Source of the DNA: Clostridia bacterium
GTDB taxonomy: Bacteria; Bacillota; Clostridia; Saccharofermentanales; DTU023
Direction of reading: 5' to 3'
DNA: 64,000 nucleotides
Assembly: GCA_040767365.1 (NCBI GenBank)
Contig: JAXGOR010000004.1
Span: forward strand, 134,283-198,282
Of the stretch, positions 15,913 through 25,996 are shown in pieces. How positions within the stretch are numbered: the stretch's first letter is position 1; each line of letters opens with the position of its first letter. A program made the position numbers and the translations under genes. The notes beneath the pieces were generated by a model. That model saw nothing but the letters and a program-made list of their open reading frames with translations. It had not been told where the DNA came from and searched no databases.

Positions 15913-17661
15913 ATGAAGAGATTTCTATCGGGGAACGAGGCAGTCGCGCGCGGCCTGTATGAAGCGGGCGTGAGCGTCGGAAGCGCCTATCCCGGCACTC
16001 CCAGTACTGAGATATTTGAGAACCTAGGCCAATACGAAGCCATCTACCACGAGTGGGCCCCCAATGAGAAAGTCGCCGTCGAGGTTGCCTACGGGGCCTC
16101 AATCGCTGGTGTGAGGGCGGTCGCCGCCATGAAGCACGTGGGGCTCAATGTGGCCGCGGACCCTGTCTTCACGGCCGCCTACAATGGGGTGGGACGTGGC
16201 TTTGTTATCATTTCCGGCGACGATCCGGGCATGCATTCCTCGCAGAATGAGCAGGACAACCGCCACTACGCCCGGGCGGCCAAGCTTCCCATGTTCGAAC
16301 CTGCGGACAGCCAGGACTCCCTGGACATGATCAGGGAGGCCTTCGAGGTCTCGGAAAAATTCGACCTCCCCGTCCTCTTCCGGATGACCACCCGGGTCTG
16401 CCACGCCCGGAGCCTGGTCGAAGAGGGAGAGGCTGTCGAAGTGGAGCCCCTGCCCTACAAGCGGAATGCCAGAAAGTATATCGCGACCCCGGCCAATGCC
16501 GTGGTCCACCGGCGGGAGCTGGAAGAAAAGATGGCCGCCCTGGCCGACTACGCAGAGACCTGCCCCTTCAACAAAATGGAGATCCGTGGTGGAAAAACGG
16601 GAGTTGTAACGGCTGGCGGCGCCTCCCTGATCGCCCGGGAGGTCTTCCCGGAAGATACCTCCTTTTTGACCCTGGGCTTCACCCATCCCCTCCCCCTGAA
16701 AATGATCCGTGCTTTTGCCGACCAGGTGGAGACCCTCTATGTGGTCGAGGAGCTGGACCCCTTCATGGAGGAACAGATCAAGGCGGCCGGCATCCCCTGC
16801 ATCGGCAAGGCGGTTGTCCCGCCCATGTATGAATTGAATCCCACCATCCTGAAGGAAGCCCTGACGGGCGAGGCCCCTCCTCTCAAGAGCCTGGAAGTCC
16901 AAGCCGTCCCCAGGCCACCGGTCCTCTGCCCCGGCTGTCCTCATCGCGGTTTTTTTACTACCCTCACCCGGAGAAAGAAGACCATCGTCACGGGCGATAT
17001 CGGCTGCTATGCCCTGGGCGGGTCACCGCCCCTGTCCGCCATGGACACCACCATCTGCATGGGGGCCGGCTTCACGGTTGCCATGGGCATGGCCAAGGCC
17101 TTTGAAAAGACAGGTGAGGACTGGACCATCTTCGGCGTCGTCGGGGACTCCACCTTCTTCCACAGCGGCATCACAGGGGCCATTGAAATCCTCTACAACC
17201 AGGGCCGGGTCATCCCGGTGGTCCTGGACAACAGCACCACGGCCATGACCGGCCAGCAGGACAATCCGGGCACGGGCTACAACCTCAAGGGGGAGATTGC
17301 CCGGTCCATCTCCATAGAAGCCATCTTCGAGGCCATCGGCTACCAGAAGATCCTCACCGTCGACCCCCAGGATCTGAAGGCTATGAAGGCGGCGATAGAA
17401 GAAGTAGCCACCTCAGAAGTGCCCTGCGCCCTGGTCGTCAGAAGGCCCTGTGTCCTGATCAAGCGCCTGCCGCTCGCCCCGGCCCTCTGCGAGGTTGACC
17501 GGGAAGCCTGCACCAGTTGCCGTCTCTGCCTCTCGGTCGGCTGCCCCGCCATCTTCTTCGTCGATGGCAAGTCCATGATCGATCCCAACCTTTGCGTCGG
17601 CTGTACCGTGTGTTTGCAGGTCTGCCCCTTTGACGCCATAAAAGAGGTACGCCCCCTATGA
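15913..17661 (+). CDS. iorA: indolepyruvate ferredoxin oxidoreductase subunit alpha
   Basis: Track ORF of 582 aa: MKRFLSGNEAVARGLYEAGVSVGSAYPGTPSTEI..., a TPP-binding region, and a C-terminal 2x[4Fe-4S] motif (CTSCRLCLS.GCP...CVGCTVCLQVCP). Confidence 0.9.
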   Translation: MKRFLSGNEAVARGLYEAGVSVGSAYPGTPSTEIFENLGQYEAIYHEWAPNEKVAVEVAYGASIAGVRAVAAMKHVGLNVAADPVFTAAYNGVGRGFVIISGDDPGMHSSQNEQDNRHYARAAKLPMFEPADSQDSLDMIREAFEVSEKFDLPVLFRMTTRVCHARSLVEEGEAVEVEPLPYKRNARKYIATPANAVVHRRELEEKMAALADYAETCPFNKMEIRGGKTGVVTAGGASLIAREVFPEDTSFLTLGFTHPLPLKMIRAFADQVETLYVVEELDPFMEEQIKAAGIPCIGKAVVPPMYELNPTILKEALTGEAPPLKSLEVQAVPRPPVLCPGCPHRGFFTTLTRRKKTIVTGDIGCYALGGSPPLSAMDTTICMGAGFTVAMGMAKAFEKTGEDWTIFGVVGDSTFFHSGITGAIEILYNQGRVIPVVLDNSTTAMTGQQDNPGTGYNLKGEIARSISIEAIFEAIGYQKILTVDPQDLKAMKAAIEEVATSEVPCALVVRRPCVLIKRLPLAPALCEVDREACTSCRLCLSVGCPAIFFVDGKSMIDPNLCVGCTVCLQVCPFDAIKEVRPL

Positions 17662-18254
17662 AAAACGAACGAGTCATAAGCATACTCCTGGCCGGAGTCG
17701 GTGGACAGGGGACCATCCTGGTCAGCCAGATCCTGACTGGGGCCCTGATCGAGGCCGGCTACGACGTGAAGATGAGCGAGATCCACGGCATGGCCCAAAG
17801 AGGCGGTAGCGTCTCGACCACGGTCCGCTACGGGCCCAGGGTAGATTCCCCCCTGGTCGGTAAGGGGGCCGCCCAGGTCCTGGTCGCCTTTGAACAGATG
17901 GAGGCCGTCCGCTGGAGCGACTGGCTGACGCCTGACGGCCTCATCATCGTCAATGATTATAAGATCAGGCCCCTCCCCGTCGCCTCCGGCGCCGCGGACT
18001 ACCCGGAGGGTTGCCTCGAGGCCCTGGCCAAGGCCTACCGGACCATCCCCCTGGATGCCGGCGCCCAGGCCCTGGAGCTGGGCAATCCCCAGGTCATGAA
18101 CCTCGTCATGCTGGGGGCCCTGGCCGAGGCGGCGGACCTGGGTGGATTCGACTGGGACAAGGCCCTGGAGGCCCGGATCCCCCCCGACTATCTTGAAATC
18201 AACAAAAAGGCCTTTGAGGCAGGCCGGGCCCTGGCCCGGGAAGCCCAAGCTTGA
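17658..18254 (+). CDS. iorB: indolepyruvate oxidoreductase subunit beta
   Basis: Track ORF of 198 aa: ILLAGVGGQGTILVSQIL...KMSEIHGMAQRGGSV. Its start overlaps the iorA stop. Confidence 0.88.
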   Translation: MKNERVISILLAGVGGQGTILVSQILTGALIEAGYDVKMSEIHGMAQRGGSVSTTVRYGPRVDSPLVGKGAAQVLVAFEQMEAVRWSDWLTPDGLIIVNDYKIRPLPVASGAADYPEGCLEALAKAYRTIPLDAGAQALELGNPQVMNLVMLGALAEAADLGGFDWDKALEARIPPDYLEINKKAFEAGRALAREAQA

Positions 18255-19498
18255 AAGGAGCCGGTATGGCAGGGAAAGAAAAGGCGGGCTATTGCTCGGA
18301 GCGCGCGCTCGGCTATGGCAGACAGCGTTCGGCCATCCGGGAACTCTTTGAATACGGCAGGATAAAGGCCGGGGAAATCGGACCGGAAAAGGTCTTTGAC
18401 TTCAGTATCGGCAACCCCAGCGTGCCGCCGCCACCCCCGGTCCATGAAGCCTTCTTCAGGCTCCTGGATGAAGAAGATCCGATCAGCCTGCACGGCTACA
18501 CCAGCGCGCCGGGGGACCCCTTAGTCCGCCGGGCCATCGCGGCCCAGCTCAATGAGGAGTACGGGACAGCCTATGAAGAGACGCACCTCTACCTGACCTG
18601 CGGAGCCGCCGCCGCCCTGTCCGCCACCTTCCGTGCCCTGACCATCAAGGGAGAAAAAAATGAGGTCCTGGTCCCCGCCCCCTATTTCCCCGAATACAAG
18701 TGTTTCGTGGAAGGGCATGGAGCCGACCTTGTCGCCGTCCCCTCCCGCCTGCCCGACCTGGGCCTGCCCCTTGAAGGCCTGGAAAATGCTATAACGTCGT
18801 CTACACGTGCTGTCATCATTAATTCGCCCAATAACCCGACAGGTAGGCTTTATCCGGAGGAAGACCTGAAGGCGCTGGCCGGGATCCTAAGCCGCAAAGC
18901 CAAGGCCTTGGGCCGGCCTCTCTATCTGGTCTCGGACGAGCCCTACCGGGAACTGGTCTATGAGGGCAGGATAACCCCCTTCATCCCCAAGCTCTATCCG
19001 AACACCATCCTCTGCTATTCCTACAGCAAGGCCCTGTCCATGCCGGGCGAGCGGATCGGCTATGTCCTGGTACCGCCCGAGGCGGATCACGCGGACGATA
19101 TCTATGCCGCCATCGCCGGCGCCGCCCGGGCCCTGGGCTACGTCTGCGCCCCCTCCCTGATCCAGAAGGTGGTCGGCGCCTGTGCCCGGGTCAAGCCGGA
19201 CCTTGAGACCTACGACCTGAACCGGCGGACCCTCTATGAGGGCTTGACGGAAGCTGGCTACCGCTGTGTCGAACCGGATGGGGCCTTCTATCTCTTCGTG
19301 GAAGCGCCGGGTGGCAACGCGGAAGCCTTCTCCGACTTTGCCAGGCTCAACTACAATCTCCTGGTTGTGCCCTCTGAAAGCTTTGGCTTCCCCGGTTACC
19401 TCAGGATCTCCTACTGCGTCTCCTACGAGCGGATCCGGAGCGCACTCCCCTTCTTCGCGGACTGCCTGAAAACTTTTAAGGGAAGAAAGAAGTCTTGA
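18251..19498 (+). CDS. PLP-dependent class I/II aminotransferase (aspartate/aromatic type)
   Basis: Track ORF of 415 aa: NPSVPPP..., INSPNNPTGR, and SYSKALSMPGERIGY (PLP lysine motif). The start may be the internal MAGKEK at 18266. Confidence 0.85.
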   Translation: MKGAGMAGKEKAGYCSERALGYGRQRSAIRELFEYGRIKAGEIGPEKVFDFSIGNPSVPPPPPVHEAFFRLLDEEDPISLHGYTSAPGDPLVRRAIAAQLNEEYGTAYEETHLYLTCGAAAALSATFRALTIKGEKNEVLVPAPYFPEYKCFVEGHGADLVAVPSRLPDLGLPLEGLENAITSSTRAVIINSPNNPTGRLYPEEDLKALAGILSRKAKALGRPLYLVSDEPYRELVYEGRITPFIPKLYPNTILCYSYSKALSMPGERIGYVLVPPEADHADDIYAAIAGAARALGYVCAPSLIQKVVGACARVKPDLETYDLNRRTLYEGLTEAGYRCVEPDGAFYLFVEAPGGNAEAFSDFARLNYNLLVVPSESFGFPGYLRISYCVSYERIRSALPFFADCLKTFKGRKKS

Positions 19499-19499
19499 T

Positions 19500-20354
19500 T
19501 CAATCGGGCAGGCAGAGCCTGCCCTCCTCAAACCAGGCAAATTCACGGATCCCCTGCTTTTCCAGATAGGCCAGGGTCTCTTTCATATGGAGGCCGTTCT
19601 GTTCCACATGATGGGCGTCTGAGCAGATGGAGAAGTAGCGGCCGCCCAACTCCCGGTAGCGGTTCAGGATGGCCGGGTCCGGCATGGCCTCCTCCAGGGC
19701 GTAGCCCTTCCGCTTCATGAGGGAATTGACGGTGCCGACATTGATCTCCAGGACCTGGCCGTTCTTCTCCATGACACGGAATAACCGGTCAAAGGCCTCG
19801 GGCGCGTGCTCATAGAGCATTTTCGATTCCCTTTCGGGGGCATAACGGGAGAAGAAGTCATAATGGCCGACAATTTTTGCCTCTGCCAGGTCCTCGGCCG
19901 AGTCGGCGATGGTATGGATTACCTCGGTATAGGTCTTGTGGAGGGCTGAGGTGTAGATCTCATCCGGATGGGTATAGGGGTCGTGGTTCCTGAAAAAATG
20001 CAGGGAGAGGAGGGCGAAATCAAAGGGATGGTCCCTGACCACCCGGTGCAGGCGGGCGCTGACCTCGGGCGCCCAGCCCAACTCGATGCCGATCAGAAAG
20101 CCGGGCGGATCCTGGTCCCCCCTGTTTGAAGGCAGGCGCCTGAGTTCGTAGAAGGCCTCCATATAGGCCCGGGGATCGAAGGCCCAGGGCGATCCGTCGG
20201 CCATTTCACTGTCGGGATCGTAATGGTCGGTGATGGCGATCCCGTGCAGGCCGCGGTCCGCGGCGCTGGCCATGATCTGCTGGTAGGATTGGGTCGCGTC
20301 AGGCGACCAGTCTTTCAGGTGGTTATGGCTGTCAACTAGCTTCATGCTGTCCAT
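19500..20354 (-). CDS. PHP-domain phosphoesterase, HisJ-type histidinol-phosphatase family
   Basis: Track ORF of 284 aa: MKLVDSHNHLKDWSPDA...GIAITDHYD...SDAHH. Confidence 0.68.
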   Translation of the reverse strand: MDSMKLVDSHNHLKDWSPDATQSYQQIMASAADRGLHGIAITDHYDPDSEMADGSPWAFDPRAYMEAFYELRRLPSNRGDQDPPGFLIGIELGWAPEVSARLHRVVRDHPFDFALLSLHFFRNHDPYTHPDEIYTSALHKTYTEVIHTIADSAEDLAEAKIVGHYDFFSRYAPERESKMLYEHAPEAFDRLFRVMEKNGQVLEINVGTVNSLMKRKGYALEEAMPDPAILNRYRELGGRYFSICSDAHHVEQNGLHMKETLAYLEKQGIREFAWFEEGRLCLPD

Positions 20355-20355
20355 C

Positions 20356-21819
20356 CTAGGTCTGTCCGCAGGATTTCCCGCGCAGGTAGCCGTCCTTCAG
20401 GGTCCAGAGCTTCTCCGAAAGGTCGACGTAATACTCCTGGGGGTTCTCGAAGCGTTTCAGGGAATCCCAGAGTGTGTCGAGCTGGTCCCGGCAGAAGGCC
20501 CGGGTCTCCTCAATGTCACGCTTGCGGTAGCAGGATACCCCCTTCTTGAAGAGGGGCTCCAGGAGGGGCAGGGCCCGGTAATCGGTCAGGGTCTTCCGCT
20601 TCCAGGTATGGAAGGGGTCGAAGATGGTAAGGGGCTGACTGTCGTCAAGTACTTCATCGACCAGGGTGATCAGGTCGGCCTCCACCTGGCCTGTCTGGCG
20701 GTCATAGAGCCTGTAGACCATCTTCTCCCCCGGATTGGTCACCTTCTCAGGATTGTCGGACAGTTTCATACGCGGGACGGACACCCCGTCCTTTTCAATG
20801 GCCGACAGCTTGTAGACACCGCTGAAGACCGGCTCATTACGGGAGGTGATCAGGCGTTCCCCTACCCCGAAGGAATCGATCCTGGCCCCCTGGTGGAGGA
20901 GGTCGCGGATGAGGTACTCATCGACCGCGCTGCTGGCCGTGATGGCGCAGTCGGTTAGACCGGCCTCGTCCAGCATCTCCCGGGCCCGGATGGACAGGTA
21001 GGCCAGGTCACCCGAATCGATCCGGATGGCCTTCAGGCGCTTGCCCTGGGGTTCCAGGACCTCCCGGCTCACCTTGATGGTGTTGGGGAGCCCGCAGTGC
21101 AGGGTATTGTAGGTATCGACCAGGAGCTGGCAGTCATCCGGGTATTCTGTGGCGTAGGCGGCGAAGGCCTGGTACTCCGTCTCAAAGGCCTGGACCCAGC
21201 TATGGGCCATGGTCCCCAGGACGGGGATCTTGAAGCGTTCCCCGGCCAGGGTGCAGGAAGTGCCCGCCACCCCGGCGATATAGGCGGCCCGGGCCCCCAG
21301 GATGGAGGCGTCCGTGCCCTGGGCCCGGCGGGCGCCGAACTCCAGGATGGGCCGGCCCTCGGCCGCCCGGACGATCCGGGAGGATTTGGTCGCGATCAGG
21401 CTCTGGTGATTGATGGTCAGGAGGACCATGGTCTCAACCATCTGGGCCTGAATGATGGGCCCCTTGACCTTGACGATGGGTTCACCCGGAAAGATGGGCA
21501 TACCCTCAGGCACTGCCCAGACATCGCACTTGAAGTCAAAGTTTCTCAGGTAGTCGAGAAAGTCGGGATCGAAACGGTCGAGCTGCCGCAGGTAGTCGAG
21601 ATCCTCCTCTGTGAAGTGGAGGTTGGACAGGTATTCGACCATCTGTTCGACGCCGGCCATGATGGCAAAACCCCCCCGCTCTGGAATATTGCGGAAAAAC
21701 ATATCGAAGACCGCCACCGTGTCCTTCATGCCCTGCTTGAAATAGGCGTTGGACATGGTGATCTCATAGAAATCGGTCAGCATTGATAAATTGATATTTT
21801 CATCCCATCCGTTTGCCAT
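20356..21819 (-). CDS. pncB: nicotinate phosphoribosyltransferase
   Basis: Track ORF of 487 aa: LSMLTDFYEITMSNAYFKQGMKDTVAVFDMFFRNIPERGGFAIMAGVEQ...GTMAHSWVQAF. Confidence 0.9.
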   Translation of the reverse strand: MANGWDENINLSMLTDFYEITMSNAYFKQGMKDTVAVFDMFFRNIPERGGFAIMAGVEQMVEYLSNLHFTEEDLDYLRQLDRFDPDFLDYLRNFDFKCDVWAVPEGMPIFPGEPIVKVKGPIIQAQMVETMVLLTINHQSLIATKSSRIVRAAEGRPILEFGARRAQGTDASILGARAAYIAGVAGTSCTLAGERFKIPVLGTMAHSWVQAFETEYQAFAAYATEYPDDCQLLVDTYNTLHCGLPNTIKVSREVLEPQGKRLKAIRIDSGDLAYLSIRAREMLDEAGLTDCAITASSAVDEYLIRDLLHQGARIDSFGVGERLITSRNEPVFSGVYKLSAIEKDGVSVPRMKLSDNPEKVTNPGEKMVYRLYDRQTGQVEADLITLVDEVLDDSQPLTIFDPFHTWKRKTLTDYRALPLLEPLFKKGVSCYRKRDIEETRAFCRDQLDTLWDSLKRFENPQEYYVDLSEKLWTLKDGYLRGKSCGQT

Positions 21820-21868
21820 ATGAAAACTCCTTCAGTGAATTACCCTCCATTATAGTACGGCCAAGCTG

Positions 21869-22717
21869 TCAGGGCCCCTCCGTCAGATGGACGAGCTTCT
21901 CCGCCCGCCGGGAATCCTCGTAGGGCCAGCGATCCTGGCCGAAGAGCTCGCCGGCAAAATAGAGCCGCTCCAGGAGCAGGCCCTCCGGCGGCAGGGTAGG
22001 GCCGGCCAATCGCCGGTCCCCCGAGGCGAAAATGCCGGGGATGGCCCCGGGTTCGATCTTGCCCTGGGCCGCGAAGACCAGGGTCCCCGCCAGTATCCTG
22101 ACCATGTGATAGAGAAAGCCGTCACCCGTGAAGCGGAGGACCAGCCGGTCCTCCCCTTCTTCCACCTGAAGCTGATGGAGGGTCCGGACGGGCCGCCTGG
22201 TCGGCGATCCCTGGTCCATGAAGGCAGTGAAGTCCTGCCTGCCCGTCAGATGGGCGGCCGCCTCCTTGAGGGCGGAGAGGTCCAACCGGCCGGGCACATG
22301 GCTGGCCCGACCGCGGTCGATCACGGGCCGGACGGGGCCAGTGGCCAGGGTATAGCGGTAGGTCTTGCCCAGGGCGTCGTAGCGGGGATTGAAGGCGGGA
22401 TTCACGCTTCTGACGGCCTGGACAGCCAGCTCGGGGGGCAGGGCCGTATTCCAGGCCAGACCGATCCGGTCCAGGGGGATAGGGGTCTCCGAGAGGAAGG
22501 AGGAGACATGGCGGGCGGCCGACACGCCGGCATCCGTCCGGCTGCCACCCGTCAGCCTGATCCGCTCACCCGTCAGGTCCCGCCAGGCCTCTTCCAGGGT
22601 CTGCTGGACCGAGGGCAGGTCCTTCTGCCGCTGCCAGCCGAAAAAGGCCGTACCGTCATACTCGGTCATAAGCGCGTATCTTGTCTTGCTCTTGTCTTTT
22701 TCCTTAGTTGAAAACAC
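21869..22717 (-). CDS. truA: tRNA pseudouridine(38-40) synthase TruA
   Basis: Track ORF of 282 aa: YALMTEYDGTAFFGWQRQ...GGSRTDAGVSA...GDGFLYHMVRILAG. It occupies the conserved position after ecfT. Confidence 0.9.
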   Translation of the reverse strand: MFSTKEKDKSKTRYALMTEYDGTAFFGWQRQKDLPSVQQTLEEAWRDLTGERIRLTGGSRTDAGVSAARHVSSFLSETPIPLDRIGLAWNTALPPELAVQAVRSVNPAFNPRYDALGKTYRYTLATGPVRPVIDRGRASHVPGRLDLSALKEAAAHLTGRQDFTAFMDQGSPTRRPVRTLHQLQVEEGEDRLVLRFTGDGFLYHMVRILAGTLVFAAQGKIEPGAIPGIFASGDRRLAGPTLPPEGLLLERLYFAGELFGQDRWPYEDSRRAEKLVHLTEGP

Positions 22718-22738
22718 CTGGACTGCCCCGCAAGAGCC

Positions 22739-23578
22739 CTAATAGGCGCTTGCCAGACCCATGATACCACTCAGCCCGGGCAGGAAACGGGGGCCGGCTA
22801 TCGCCAGGGCCAGGAGGACCAGGACCAGGCCGAAAAATGCCAGGTCCCTGATGGACAGACGAGCCGTGTAGAGCCGGGTCCGCCCCGCCTCCCCCTGGTA
22901 GCAGCGGGCATCCATGGCGACCGCCAGGTCATCGGCCCGGCGGAAGCTGGAGATGAAAAGCGGCACCAGGATGCTGACCAGGCCGCGCATACGCCTGAAG
23001 GGCCCGCCCGTGTCGTAATCGGCGCCCCGTGATGACTGGGCCTTCATAATCTTGACCGCCTCATCCAGGAGGGTGGGGACGAAGCGGAGGGCGATGGACA
23101 TCATCATGGCAAACTCCTGGACCGGGAAACGGAGCAGGCGGAGGGGGGACAAGAGGCTTTCCAGGGCGTCGGCGATGGCCAGGGGTGGGGTGGTCAGGGT
23201 CAGGAGGAGGGAGGTATTGATAACCATGAGGGTCAAACGGAGCGCGGTCATGAGGCCGGCGTAGAGCCCCTCCTCCGTCAGGGTAAGGGAGCCGATCTGG
23301 ACGATCGCCTTCCCCGGGATGGTCAGGAGATTGAGAAGGACGGCAAACAGGATGATGACGACCAGGGGCCTGACACTGCGCAGGATGAGGGCAAACCGGA
23401 GCCCGGACCCTACCATGAGGATGACGGTCCAAAGCAGGAAGACGGCCAGGATCCTCGGGTCACGGACGGTCAGGGTCGCCACCATCATGAGGATGGCCGC
23501 CAGGAACTTGATCCGGGCATCCAGCCGGTGGAGGAGGGAGTCGCCCGGGATGGACCGGCCCAAGAGGCTCTTACGCAT
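22739..23578 (-). CDS. ecfT: energy-coupling factor transporter transmembrane component EcfT
   Basis: Track ORF of 279 aa: hydrophobic, with ...ALRFVPTLLDEAVKIMKAQSSRGAD... and the conserved rplQ-ecfA-ecfA-ecfT-truA context. Confidence 0.88.
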   Translation of the reverse strand: MRKSLLGRSIPGDSLLHRLDARIKFLAAILMMVATLTVRDPRILAVFLLWTVILMVGSGLRFALILRSVRPLVVIILFAVLLNLLTIPGKAIVQIGSLTLTEEGLYAGLMTALRLTLMVINTSLLLTLTTPPLAIADALESLLSPLRLLRFPVQEFAMMMSIALRFVPTLLDEAVKIMKAQSSRGADYDTGGPFRRMRGLVSILVPLFISSFRRADDLAVAMDARCYQGEAGRTRLYTARLSIRDLAFFGLVLVLLALAIAGPRFLPGLSGIMGLASAY

Positions 23579-25364
23579 GGGCCTTCACCCCCGCCGCCGC
23601 CAGCAGGGTTCCCGCGGCGTCGGCAACACTGAAGCGGGCCGTGTCAAGTCCGGGGAAGAGGTCGGACAGGGCCTTGAGGAAACGCCGGGGCGCCGGCATA
23701 TCCAGGTGGACCCCGGTCAGGAAGGCGTCCTCTTCCGTTATTTCTGCCGGGCTCCCCAGGCCCGCGATCCGGCCCTCCTTCAGGATGACCAGGCGGTCGG
23801 CGATCCGGGACAGGGTCTCCATATCGTGGGAGACCAGGATGAGGGTGGCTCCTTCGGCGGACAGGGTCAGAAGATCGGCGAAGAGCTCCTCACAGGCGGC
23901 AGGGTCCAGTCCCGCTGCCGGCTCGTCCAGGATGACGATGTCAGGCTCGGCGGCCAGGACGCCGGCAATAGCCGCCCGCCGGCGCTGGCCGCCGGACAGT
24001 TCAAAGGGTGACCGGTCCAGGAGGTCGGTGATACCCAGGCGGTCGGCGGCGCGGAGGACCGCCCGTTCAACCTCCTGGGGGGACTTCTTCTGCTGTTTGG
24101 GAGCGAAGGCAATATCGAGCGCGACCGTCTCCTCAAAGAGCTGGTCCTCCGGATATTGGAACAAGAGGCCGACCTGGCGGCGGACAGCGCGGATGACCTT
24201 CCTCCGGGACAGGTCCCGGCCCAGTACAATCACGGTGCCCGGTTCGGAGGGGATAAGGCCGTTGAGGTGCTGGATCAGGGTGGACTTGCCCGAGCCCGTA
24301 TGGCCCGCGATCCCCAGGACCTCCCCGTCCGCCACGGCCAGGGAGATAGCCTCAAGGGCAGGAAGGGGGCTCCCCCCCTCGGAGTCATAGGCGTAGCTGA
24401 GTCCTTTGACCTCAATGACCGGGGGTTGCCCCTCCCTGGCCCCGGCCCTCCTGTCAGCCGGTGCCGGCGCCGGTCTTGACGGTCCCTGGCTTCCAGCGAG
24501 GGCCCCCCTCACATAATCAAGGGCTCCATCGAAGCTGATGATCCGGTCGGGATCATAGGGGACCCCCGTCGCCCGGCTGATGATCTGGGCGATTTCGAGA
24601 TGGGAAGGCACGGCCATCCCCTCGCCCTTGAGCCGGTCCACCTGGTCGAAGACCCGGGCGGGCGTCCCATCAAAGGCGATGCCTCCCTCACTTATGACGT
24701 AGACATAATCGGCAAGGAGGGCCTCCTCCATATGGTGGGTGATCTGGATGACGGTCAGGCCATAGTCCCGCCTAAGTTCCTGGATCAGTTCCCTGATCTC
24801 GGCCCGGGCAGCCGGGTCCAGCATGGAGGTGGCCTCGTCCAGGATGACGCAGTCGGGTCGCATGGCCAGAACGGAGGCCAGGGCCAGCTTCTGCTTCTGT
24901 CCCCCTGACAGTTCGTGCGGCGCCCGGTCTCTCAAATCGGCCAGGCCCGTCATGGCCAGGGCCTGGTCCAGGCGGCGGAAGATCTCCTCCCGGGGCAGGC
25001 CGAGATTGGAGGGCCCGAAGGCGACATCGTCCTTGACCGTGGTGCCGATGATCTGGTTGTCCGGGTTTTGGAAGACCATGCCGCACTGCCTCCTGATCTC
25101 ATAGAGGACGTCTTCATCGGCTGTCAGCTTGCCATCGACCCAGACCTCCCCCTCATCGGGCAGGAGGAGGCCATTCATAAGGCGGGCCATGGTTGATTTC
25201 CCGGAACCGTTGCGGCCGATCAGGGCGATATGAGCGCCTTTTTCGACAGAAAAAGAAAGCCGGGAGACAGCCCTCACCGGCCCTTGTCCCTGCATCGCCC
25301 CATAGCTGAAGGAGACATCCCGAAACTCGATCATCTTACCCGACATCCTGCCCCATTTTACCAA
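23571..25364 (-). CDS. ecfA: fused ECF transporter ATPase EcfA1-EcfA2 (two ABC domains in one ORF)
   Basis: Track ORF of 597 aa with two full ABC cassettes: GRNGSGKST ... LSGGQKQKLALASVL ... ILDEATS, then GHTGSGKSTL ... LSGGQRRRAAIAGVL ... ILDEPAAGLD. They are joined by a P/A-rich linker, GSQGPSRPAPAPADRRAGAREGQPP. Confidence 0.85.
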   Translation of the reverse strand: MVKWGRMSGKMIEFRDVSFSYGAMQGQGPVRAVSRLSFSVEKGAHIALIGRNGSGKSTMARLMNGLLLPDEGEVWVDGKLTADEDVLYEIRRQCGMVFQNPDNQIIGTTVKDDVAFGPSNLGLPREEIFRRLDQALAMTGLADLRDRAPHELSGGQKQKLALASVLAMRPDCVILDEATSMLDPAARAEIRELIQELRRDYGLTVIQITHHMEEALLADYVYVISEGGIAFDGTPARVFDQVDRLKGEGMAVPSHLEIAQIISRATGVPYDPDRIISFDGALDYVRGALAGSQGPSRPAPAPADRRAGAREGQPPVIEVKGLSYAYDSEGGSPLPALEAISLAVADGEVLGIAGHTGSGKSTLIQHLNGLIPSEPGTVIVLGRDLSRRKVIRAVRRQVGLLFQYPEDQLFEETVALDIAFAPKQQKKSPQEVERAVLRAADRLGITDLLDRSPFELSGGQRRRAAIAGVLAAEPDIVILDEPAAGLDPAACEELFADLLTLSAEGATLILVSHDMETLSRIADRLVILKEGRIAGLGSPAEITEEDAFLTGVHLDMPAPRRFLKALSDLFPGLDTARFSVADAAGTLLAAAGVKAHA

Positions 25365-25438
25365 ACAAAAAGGACTCCCCCCGGCCTGGCACGCGGGAAG
25401 CCCCTCTTTTGATCTCTATGACCGAAGAACCAGCCGCC

Positions 25439-25966
25439 TCAGTCAACCAGCTCCAGGATGGCCATGGGGGCAGCGTCACCCCGGCGGGGTCCGATCTTGG
25501 TCAAACGTGTATAGCCACCGTTGCGTGTGATGAAACGGGGGGCCACCGTATTGAAAAGATGATTGACCGTATTGACCCGACGGCCGTCCTGGTCGCGGGT
25601 CTCGACCATGAGGGCCATGAGCTTGCGGCGGGCCGCCAGCCGCGAAGGCATATCGACCTGGACCGTCTTCGTCTTCCGCTCCCGCTCAACCACATCGTAG
25701 ACCCGGTCATTCCTGGAAGTAGCCGTCCTGAGAACCTTCCGTCCCTTGTCGTCCAGCTTGGCCCCTGATACCAGGACCTTGCGGGTGGTGAAGTTATTGT
25801 GTTCTTTGACAGCCAGGGCGATCATCTTCTCGGCCAGGCGGGCGGCTTCCTTGGCCCGCGTTTCTGTCGTCGTCACCTTGCCTTCCACGATCAGGGTCGT
25901 GACCAGATTCCTCAACATGGCCTTTCTGGCAGCGGAATCGCGTCCTAGTTTTCTATATCCGGGCAT
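25439..25966 (-). CDS. rplQ: 50S ribosomal protein L17 (with internal insertion of about 50 aa)
   Basis: Track ORF of 175 aa: [21 protein letters not shown]...[25 protein letters not shown]. Confidence 0.92.
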   Translation of the reverse strand: MPGYRKLGRDSAARKAMLRNLVTTLIVEGKVTTTETRAKEAARLAEKMIALAVKEHNNFTTRKVLVSGAKLDDKGRKVLRTATSRNDRVYDVVERERKTKTVQVDMPSRLAARRKLMALMVETRDQDGRRVNTVNHLFNTVAPRFITRNGGYTRLTKIGPRRGDAAPMAILELVD

Positions 25967-25996
25967 GGTAATGCACTCCTTTTACAGTAATTCTCT

